Of a stretch of 37,424 nucleotides of DNA, positions 26,011 through 31,954 are shown one piece after another. The stretch is from positions 1 to 37,424 of IMG/VR virus record IMGVR_UViG_3300028629_000001. One strand, 5' to 3'. A model generated the notes under the pieces. The model searched no databases. It was not told the DNA's origin and saw nothing but the letters and a program-made list of their open reading frames with translations. The position numbers and the translations under genes were made by a program. This DNA is from a virus. Within the stretch, counting starts at the first letter, position 1, and every line of letters starts with the position of its first letter.

Positions 26011-26196
26011 CTATACAAAAAAGCCCAGCAGGATACCCTCAGCCGGATCCGCGCGGCTAAAGACCCTCATCGGCTCCAGGGCACTGTTGCCATAGCGCTG
26101 ATTTTTAGCGACCAGCAGGCGCGCCAAGCCATCGCAGGTCTTTGTAATATTATTCTGCATTGTTTCAGGCCGTGTGGTACAATCAGTCATGCTCAC
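26011..26196 (-). CDS. Hypothetical protein (61 aa)
   Basis: GTGA overlap with the upstream gene. It is the last ORF before the early promoter. Confidence 0.4.
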   Translation of the reverse strand: MSMTDCTTRPETMQNNITKTCDGLARLLVAKNQRYGNSALEPMRVFSRADPAEGILLGFFV

Positions 26197-27122
26197 CTCA
26201 ACCTATAGTCAATAATCGACCGGTTGTGCACGTCAAAGTTACCATCCTCGTCAAGCGCTAGCTCAGCAAAGCCTAAGCTCCACTTATTGAGCGGGGCGTA
26301 CTCTGGATGTAGGTTGCACAAGCATCCGACCGACCAAGCGTCGATACTATCGCCGACAATCGTCGGCTCTTGATGCTCGGATTTTTGATGATAATGCGCG
26401 CAAAGTACCGACTTTTTCGCCTTGAGGAACATCAATCTTGCCGGGTTGACTGGCATTCCAGCCCCGCCGCCATACTCGTGCCCGTGGATGATGGTTAACT
26501 TTCCGTAACTCATCGGCGTCGTATGGTTGACAACCGTAACTCCCGGTAGTCGGTCCTCAAATAGTTTTTGAGCCGAGGTAAAATCAAACCCGACTAGCTC
26601 CGGTACCTTAGCCCTAAGCATAGTTTCCCAGCGTTTCTCATGATTCCCTAGCTTGTAGTATATCTGAAGGTCTGGGAAGTCTTGCTGGATGCCGAGAATA
26701 AAATCGCAGACAAGCTCAAGCTCATCAGCGAGTGTCATCTGCAACGGGTCGCGGGTAAAACTTGACGCTTGATACATATCCATCACGTCGCCGTCAAGGA
26801 TAAGTGCCTTTGCGCCCATCGCCGCTAGGCGGTCAAGCATAATGTCGATGGCGTCATTGTCATGGTATGGAATATGCAAATCTGCCGCAACGATCGCCGG
26901 TGACTCGGTAACGACGCACGCCTGCCAGTCGACAACGCGCGCATCTGGCAGTTTTGCCCGGCTTCGCTCGCCGCTTGCCCCGCGGTAATAGCGCACGCTA
27001 GCGCGCGCCTGCTCGATACTGTGATAGGTCTCCGGGTGCTCCTTGACCATAATCTTAGCGATAGATAACGATGGCGATTGCCGGTATTTTTTGATATAAT
27101 CTTTGACGATTTCGCCGCCCAA
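26193..27122 (-). CDS. Calcineurin-like metallophosphoesterase
   Basis: Motifs DLHIPYHD, LDGDV, GNHE and HGHE appear in the canonical order. The TTG start at 27122 follows GAGGGGG. Confidence 0.75.
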   Translation of the reverse strand: MGGEIVKDYIKKYRQSPSLSIAKIMVKEHPETYHSIEQARASVRYYRGASGERSRAKLPDARVVDWQACVVTESPAIVAADLHIPYHDNDAIDIMLDRLAAMGAKALILDGDVMDMYQASSFTRDPLQMTLADELELVCDFILGIQQDFPDLQIYYKLGNHEKRWETMLRAKVPELVGFDFTSAQKLFEDRLPGVTVVNHTTPMSYGKLTIIHGHEYGGGAGMPVNPARLMFLKAKKSVLCAHYHQKSEHQEPTIVGDSIDAWSVGCLCNLHPEYAPLNKWSLGFAELALDEDGNFDVHNRSIIDYRLR

Positions 27123-27132
27123 AGTTACCCCC

Positions 27133-27540
27133 TCAGTGCGCGATCAGGTAGACAATCCCCCCAGTAAGTACCACGTTTGCAAGGATTGAGATTATCAAGC
27201 TACGGTTGGCTGACTGTAAGCGGATTTCGTAGTTCTTGGCTAATTGCCTCGATTGCTCCAATGAGGATTCGTATGCGACTAATCGTATCACTAATTCCGC
27301 TTGCTTGCTTTTGAGCATCTGCAATTCTGCTTGCGACTCGGCTAAGTCGCTCTGTGCTAGCGTCAAGGAGTTTTGTAAGCTCATGATTTGCAAGTTCAAG
27401 TTGTCGATTTCTTGCTTCAAGCTCCCCATAAGATTGTCGAAGTCTTCCCAGCTCGCGGCTGGTTGCGATTGCGCTGTAAGCGGCGACAATAAGCAAAATG
27501 CAAACAATAACGAGAGCAATATCCTTACTGATTTTGTCAT
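27133..27540 (-). CDS. Alternative-frame ORF: signal-peptide-like N-terminus, coiled coil, C-terminal TM helix
   Basis: It uses the second ATG of ATGAATGA, 9 nt after the same RBS, and stays open for 135 codons. It ends 10 nt before the next gene. Codon usage is atypical (TTG/TTA, CAA). Confidence 0.35.
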   Translation of the reverse strand: MTKSVRILLSLLFAFCLLSPLTAQSQPAASWEDFDNLMGSLKQEIDNLNLQIMSLQNSLTLAQSDLAESQAELQMLKSKQAELVIRLVAYESSLEQSRQLAKNYEIRLQSANRSLIISILANVVLTGGIVYLIAH

Positions 27541-27544
27541 TCAT
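27200..27544 (-). CDS. N-terminally anchored coiled-coil membrane protein (lysis-cassette accessory); the preferred of two overlapping frames
   Basis: It uses the first ATG, 5 nt after GGAGGG. One N-terminal TM helix is followed by a charged coiled coil. Leu/Gln/Arg codon choice resembles that of the capsid gene. Confidence 0.5.
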   Translation of the reverse strand: MNDKISKDIALVIVCILLIVAAYSAIATSRELGRLRQSYGELEARNRQLELANHELTKLLDASTERLSRVASRIADAQKQASGISDTISRIRILIGAIEAISQELRNPLTVSQP

Positions 27545-27555
27545 CTAGCCCTCCT

Positions 27556-27893
27556 TTAATCTCCTGGCTTATATGGCGATTCCATTTGATTATCAAATTC
27601 TGTCAGTCCACTATCCATATTTTGGCGTAATTTTGGTAGTTGACTGGCAGAATTTACGCCGCTCGAACCATCCGGTATCGCCGGATAGTTGATGCCGCGC
27701 AGGTCGCTGATTGTCGTTAATCCTAGCAGCACCAGCACCACCAGCGCGCAGCCAAGCCCGCCGTAAATGCCCGCCGTTGTGCCGTATAGTGCACCGATAA
27801 GCAAGAGCGCGCCTGATAAGAGAGCATAGTACAGCGCCAGTAATCTCCGCATCGAGCGCGCGCCGTCCTGCTCTTGGGTGTAGCCTGCGCTCA
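27556..27893 (-). CDS. Holin-like protein (two TM helices)
   Basis: The ATG at 27893 overlaps the endolysin TGA and follows GGAGG. TM segments are LLALYYALLSGALLLIGALYG and GIYGGLGCALVVLVLLGLTTI. Confidence 0.6.
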
Positions 27894-28346
27894 TGATAGC
27901 CTCCATTGCAGGTGCGGGAAGTCGGGGAAGTCTTTCCACCGCACGCCAGACTCCCACCCGAATCCCTCCGCGATGGTTGCCATGCGCATCCAGACTCGCG
28001 TTGGGGCATCCCACCACGCCTTGCCGTCAGCCTTGATAGGCACGATATCCATCGCAAGCCCTGATAAATGCCTGCTTTTGAGTGTCGTTGTGATAGCGGT
28101 TTGTGTCTCTTTGTCGGTGAGTTTTTGTTTTAGCCCCGCAGCATCGTACATCATCCGCACATGGTTGGGAGCCATGCGCCCGCGGGAAAAGTATGCCATT
28201 TGCACTGCCAGCTCGCGCCGCGTCTCGACAATAAGCCAGCCGGCCACGCCAGAGTTGCGCAGCTCATCATCTGCGGCCAGCGCATCGAGCGTCTTGCGCG
28301 CGGCGTCTTGACAGCGAGGGTCTAAATCCTCGATTTTGCGGCTCAT
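27891..28346 (-). CDS. Endolysin, peptidase M15 (VanY / L-alanyl-D-glutamate peptidase-like)
   Basis: Zn-ligand motifs SRHLSGLAMD and DFPHLQW are present. ATGA overlap with the upstream gene. Confidence 0.75.
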   Translation of the reverse strand: MSRKIEDLDPRCQDAARKTLDALAADDELRNSGVAGWLIVETRRELAVQMAYFSRGRMAPNHVRMMYDAAGLKQKLTDKETQTAITTTLKSRHLSGLAMDIVPIKADGKAWWDAPTRVWMRMATIAEGFGWESGVRWKDFPDFPHLQWRLS

Positions 28347-28663
28347 TTGCATCCCTCCTCGACGAGGTGTCTCTGGATTTCATCTTTCGCTTCACGGATT
28401 TTTGCCAGCGCGTCATCGACATTGCCGTTTATTTTTTTGCCTTTGAGGGCATGGAGCTGTAGCTCTTGCGCATCAATGACCGCCAAAAGCGCGGTATACT
28501 GGTAGCGATTGTCATCACGCACGGCAAGCAACGTCTGCTGCACCTCGGCGAGCAACGCGTCCCGCTGATTGAGTATCTTATACCGCTTGCGCGCTATTGC
28601 CCAAGTGCCTGTTAGTATCGCGGTCGTTACTAGCGCCACGGCAGTGTTGATGACGGTATCCAC
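28343..28663 (-). CDS. N-terminally anchored coiled-coil membrane protein (holin or lysis accessory)
   Basis: The GTG at 28663 follows GAGGTG and the upstream stop. One TM helix is followed by a coiled coil. Confidence 0.45.
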   Translation of the reverse strand: MDTVINTAVALVTTAILTGTWAIARKRYKILNQRDALLAEVQQTLLAVRDDNRYQYTALLAVIDAQELQLHALKGKKINGNVDDALAKIREAKDEIQRHLVEEGCK

Positions 28664-28665
28664 TT

Positions 28666-28983
28666 TTACACCTCGCCATGGCGGCACAACAACACCTTCG
28701 GCTTCGGCGGCTCTGGATACTCTGGCACAAGCGGCGGCTTCGGCAAACTTGCGTTAAATTCAGCTATTGTTTGTGGTACTGGCACGTCCGGCCACTCAAT
28801 GTCTGCAGGGAATGTTGCCTCGTCCACTATCTCATAGAGCCTTCGGTCATAGCGCAAAAAGTCTTCTACGCTTTTATGCGTGTATCGCTCCGCAAAACTA
28901 GGCCGTTGCGCATAGGCCGAGGCGTCCAGTAATTCGTTTCTGCGGAGCTTTGCTTCTTCAATTGTTTCAAAGTGTTCAACCAT
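28666..28983 (-). CDS. Tail fibre assembly/chaperone-like protein
   Basis: RRNELLDASAY...LRYDRRLYEI...FPADIEWPDVP resembles the conserved N-terminal motif of Tfa-type proteins. Confidence 0.4.
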   Translation of the reverse strand: MVEHFETIEEAKLRRNELLDASAYAQRPSFAERYTHKSVEDFLRYDRRLYEIVDEATFPADIEWPDVPVPQTIAEFNASLPKPPLVPEYPEPPKPKVLLCRHGEV

Positions 28984-29009
28984 TTGTAACTCCTTATGCT
29001 ATGTAACAA

Positions 29010-29120
29010 GAGCGAGAACCGACATGGTAGCCCGCATTCGAGCGAAGGTAAAGCAGATAAAGGCACGCGAGACCGGCACTGGACGCGTCGTGCCAGTTAC
29101 CACCGCAGATCGGCAGGCGC
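29010..29120 (-). repeat. Non-coding DGR-type repeat (copy 2), 91/111 nt identical to the fibre VR
   Basis: Aligned by eye to 30330..30440. It lies in the position where a DGR template repeat would sit. Only a 44-codon ORF covers it. Confidence 0.8.
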
Positions 29121-29242
29121 CACATTCAGCTACACCCCTTTTTATTGCTAGGCGGTTTTAAGCCAGCCGCCCAACATCTTCCCGACCTCGGACGTGTACC
29201 GTCCGAGGACTTCCCATTTCTTAAGGGGCATAAATCCCAGTT

Positions 29243-30052
29243 TTACGCCCAATCTAACCAAAAGTCTAAATCTGCCAAGATTCCTGTCTGCCTCCTGAAT
29301 GAGGTACCGCTTCTCGGCGCTTTCTGAAACGACACTTGCTCTATGGTTTTCTCACTACTTTCGAGCACTCGGTCAATTTCAGCTCTCAATTCTATTAACA
29401 GCGCAATTGCCTCCTTTGTCGGCTCGAATGACCCTTTCGCGCGCAACGCGATAAGGACAAGGCGTGCGTTCGTCATCGGGAACATGCCATTTGAGCGCGT
29501 GAAAAATTCTTCTTGCTTTTCGTCAGGCTTTGCCCCGCTTTGATTGAGCTTAACAGCAAGGCTCGATGCTCCAGCGGCAACAGGGCGGCGCTCGCCATCG
29601 CTAAACTGCACACTGCGCTTTTGAAAGAATTCTTTTGCGCGCTCCGGCGTGATGCCTAATGCTTTAGCGATAACCTCGATGGGCAGTTTTAGCTCTTGCG
29701 CCTTAATGATGACGTGCGCTTTGTCCATCGGCGACAGCGGCAATCCCTGGCTTGCATTGAGCGCCACTGCGTCAATAAAGACGTCCTTGTCACTTTTGTA
29801 TTCACGCATGATTGCGCGGATCTGCGCTGATTCTCCGTAGACTTTTTCATGCGCCTTTGTACGATGGAACCCGTCAACGATTCGCATGGTTTTTTTATCA
29901 ACGATAATCGGCGGAAGCTCGATTCCAGCCTTTATTGCGTCCACCATACGCATGACGTTGGTGTAGTCAACATTATTAGCCTCGTGACGCGGCCAAATAC
30001 CCCAATCAAAAATCAAAGACGCGCACGGAACAAAAACTACATCCTCTCCCAT
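29243..30052 (-). CDS. ParB/Srx-fold protein with HTH (second ParB-like gene)
   Basis: The ATG at 30052 lies 7 nt after AGGAGG. Motifs are PPIIVDKKTMRIVDGFHR and IEVIAKALGITPERAKEF. Confidence 0.65.
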   Translation of the reverse strand: MGEDVVFVPCASLIFDWGIWPRHEANNVDYTNVMRMVDAIKAGIELPPIIVDKKTMRIVDGFHRTKAHEKVYGESAQIRAIMREYKSDKDVFIDAVALNASQGLPLSPMDKAHVIIKAQELKLPIEVIAKALGITPERAKEFFQKRSVQFSDGERRPVAAGASSLAVKLNQSGAKPDEKQEEFFTRSNGMFPMTNARLVLIALRAKGSFEPTKEAIALLIELRAEIDRVLESSEKTIEQVSFQKAPRSGTSFRRQTGILADLDFWLDWA

Positions 30053-30280
30053 TTCACACCTCCTAAAAATTATTCTCCCATCAGTCTTTTTAGCTTTTCC
30101 CGCTCCATTTCCTCGCACCGCGGGCAAAGTGTCCGCTTGGATCGCCGCTCCTGTATCGAGGAGCGCGTTGACCGTTTGCGCTGCCAAAGTGTGGCGTTCG
30201 CTCTTCGGGTAGCTCTTTATGGCGATGTACGCATATCCGGCGAGATCCTCCCACTTTGTCAGCACGGTTAAGTTGTCCAT
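30053..30280 (-). pseudogene. avd: Truncated avd (DGR accessory variability determinant) remnant, in frame with the ParB-like gene
   Basis: MDNLTVLTKWEDLAGYAYIAIKSYPKSERHTLAAQTVNALLDTGAAI matches helices 1-2 of four-helix-bundle Avd proteins, including the P(K/R)xE(R/K) motif. Only 76 codons remain; helices 3-4 are absent. Confidence 0.55.
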
Positions 30281-30307
30281 TAAGAAACCTCCAAGAAAGA
30301 TCAAGGA

Positions 30308-31855
30308 TCAGGAGAGAGAAATAAAAGCCGAGCGAGAACCGATAACGCTGCCCACAGCCGAGCGAAGGTCATCCAGATAAAGGCACGCGAGACCGGCAAC
30401 GGCCGGGTTGCCCCAGCCACCACCGCAGATCGGCAGGCGCTCACCGTAGTTTCGCATGTATAAAATGCCCTTCGGCGACCACGGATTTGTGCTGCCAGTG
30501 CTGGAAATCTTGGGAGCTATCCCCGCTTTGAGCATTCTCTGACGGACAGCGATATTAAGAGCATCATACTCTGCAGCCATCATCAAGGAGCTATGCACTA
30601 CCGAGGAAGAATTCGGATTGGTCAGCGCATTCTCGCGAGAGGTATTAAGTATGGGAACACCACCTGATCCAGCAACAGTATTATCAAAATACACTCCTTG
30701 CGAAGGCCAAGATGCTTCTGCGAGATCAAAATAGTTGTCGTTCGGCATATAAATGAGGCCGTCCACAATTTTCATTAAATCGGTCCACTCGTACATCGAC
30801 CCTACAAGATCGTAGATACCCCATCGCTCACGATTGTGGGACCATGTTGAGGGGCATGATCCGTTTCTGTGTTTCGGGGTTCCCGATGCCACTCCTGGAG
30901 CTAACCCGTCAAATCGGACCGCAGACTCATACTCGTAGCCTGATTCGTGGCTTCTGCCGTAGTAGGTATTTCCCCTCGGCTCTGTGCCCATCTTCATAGA
31001 AAGCCACATAATGAGCGCGCGCTCCCAAATATTCATCATGTGCCAGCCAGGGCCTTTAGATGTATGCAAGGCTTTATTGACGTCATAATTTAGACTTCCA
31101 GTCGGATAAAGGCCAGGCCAAGATACGGCGCGCCATCCAGTGCCACTACCATGATAACTTGTACCATTGAAGCTGGTCATCTTAAACATTGAAATAAATA
31201 TTTCAGTTTTTTGTACACCGTTAACCTTAAAAGCGGGGAAATCATCGGTCCCTAAAGTGGCACCGCCCATATCAGAATGGATATGCCCCGCGAGGATAGG
31301 CCCGCGAATAACGTACATCATCGAGGGGAAACCAAGGTCATCATGTATTACTGTGGCCGCTCCATTGGATGAAGATTCAACAATTCTTTTTAATAGGGAT
31401 GGTGGCATCTTTGCTGCGGCATTATAATCCCAAAGCGCAGTCGCCGCTTCAGCGTCTGCAAGCTGTTGTAAGTGCGCATACCCGGCGGCAAGTGCACCTT
31501 TCTCTGCAGCGGTAACGCGCTTGTAATTCGTTCCATCGTCGAGGCTATCAAGGTTATACCCGCCAGCGTCAAGCAAGGAAGCAATCTCTGCGCCTGTGGC
31601 CTTCGGCACTTTTGTGGCGTCCTGCTGTCCAGTCGAGGCAAGCTGCACCTTACCTTTGACGCTTGTTGTTGCATCGGGCAGACGGTTCGCCAATTCGGTC
31701 GGCGAATCCAATACGTCTTTCAGAAACTTCGTTCTATTTGCAAGTGCCTGCGCCTGTGCGTTCATTACGCCGCCGGGGCCACCTATTGCCTGAGTTGTCG
31801 TCTCGAGTTGCGGTACGCCAGATTCATACACTGACGATTCGGTTAAATTTGCCAT
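30308..31855 (-). CDS. Tail fibre / receptor-binding protein with a C-type-lectin (FGE-like) fold and a C-terminal DGR variable region
   Basis: The N-terminus is a conserved fibre motif (SVYESGVPQLETTTQAIGGPGGVMNAQAQALANRTKFLKDVL). IYDLVGSMYEWTD is FGE/CLec-like. The C-terminus is CGGGWGNPAVAGLACLYLDDLRSAVGSVIGSRS. Confidence 0.75.
   Translation of the reverse strand: MANLTESSVYESGVPQLETTTQAIGGPGGVMNAQAQALANRTKFLKDVLDSPTELANRLPDATTSVKGKVQLASTGQQDATKVPKATGAEIASLLDAGGYNLDSLDDGTNYKRVTAAEKGALAAGYAHLQQLADAEAATALWDYNAAAKMPPSLLKRIVESSSNGAATVIHDDLGFPSMMYVIRGPILAGHIHSDMGGATLGTDDFPAFKVNGVQKTEIFISMFKMTSFNGTSYHGSGTGWRAVSWPGLYPTGSLNYDVNKALHTSKGPGWHMMNIWERALIMWLSMKMGTEPRGNTYYGRSHESGYEYESAVRFDGLAPGVASGTPKHRNGSCPSTWSHNRERWGIYDLVGSMYEWTDLMKIVDGLIYMPNDNYFDLAEASWPSQGVYFDNTVAGSGGVPILNTSRENALTNPNSSSVVHSSLMMAAEYDALNIAVRQRMLKAGIAPKISSTGSTNPWSPKGILYMRNYGERLPICGGGWGNPAVAGLACLYLDDLRSAVGSVIGSRSAFISLS
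30330..30440 (-). repeat. DGR variable-region-type repeat (copy 1) at the 3' end of the fibre gene
   Basis: A 111-nt block shared with 29010..29120. All 20 mismatches fall at codon positions 1 or 2. Confidence 0.8.
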
Positions 31856-31920
31856 TTCATCCTCCTTATGGGTTCGCCAAAATTGTCTTGCAGATTATTG
31901 TTTGTATAGTTTACAGCCAT
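31843..31920 (-). CDS. Possible 25-aa micro-ORF between the J-like gene and the fibre gene
   Basis: AAAGGAGGGataaaATG at 31920. The product is MAVNYTNNNLQDNFGEPIRRMKWQI. It overlaps the fibre start and is too short to verify. Confidence 0.25.
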   Translation of the reverse strand: MAVNYTNNNLQDNFGEPIRRMKWQI

Positions 31921-31954
31921 TTTATCCCTCCTTTAACTCCAAATATTGCTCTCC

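Noticed and set aside
26011-26196. Possible truncated nucleotide pyrophosphohydrolase-like (DUF1599/MazG-like) gene, based on AKNQRYGNSALEPMRVFS
   Set aside because: The resemblance rests on a short motif recalled from memory, and the ORF is only 61 aa. That is not enough to call a function or a truncation without a profile search.
27133-27544. Calling the overlapping ORF pair an Rz/Rz1-type spanin, or a unimolecular spanin
   Set aside because: There is no canonical lipobox: the residues before the Cys are FAF. The embedded frame is as long as its partner and is not Pro-rich. The strong SD usage and the SPP1-like/Gp157 gene content hint at a monoderm host, where spanins are not expected.
27611-28057. 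148-aa minus-strand ORF overlapping the endolysin and holin genes
   Set aside because: The product is Arg/Gly-rich and typical of an off-frame reading of GC-rich coding DNA. It has no RBS and overlaps two genes that carry clear motifs.
29010-29120. Copy 2 as a bona fide, intact DGR template repeat (TR) for the fibre VR
   Set aside because: Adenine-specific mutagenesis requires every TR/VR mismatch to sit at a TR adenine. Here 12 of 20 mismatches are at C, G or T in copy 2 (for example CAC vs GGC, CTT vs GAT, TCC vs GCC). It is therefore reported as a second diversified copy or degenerate TR.
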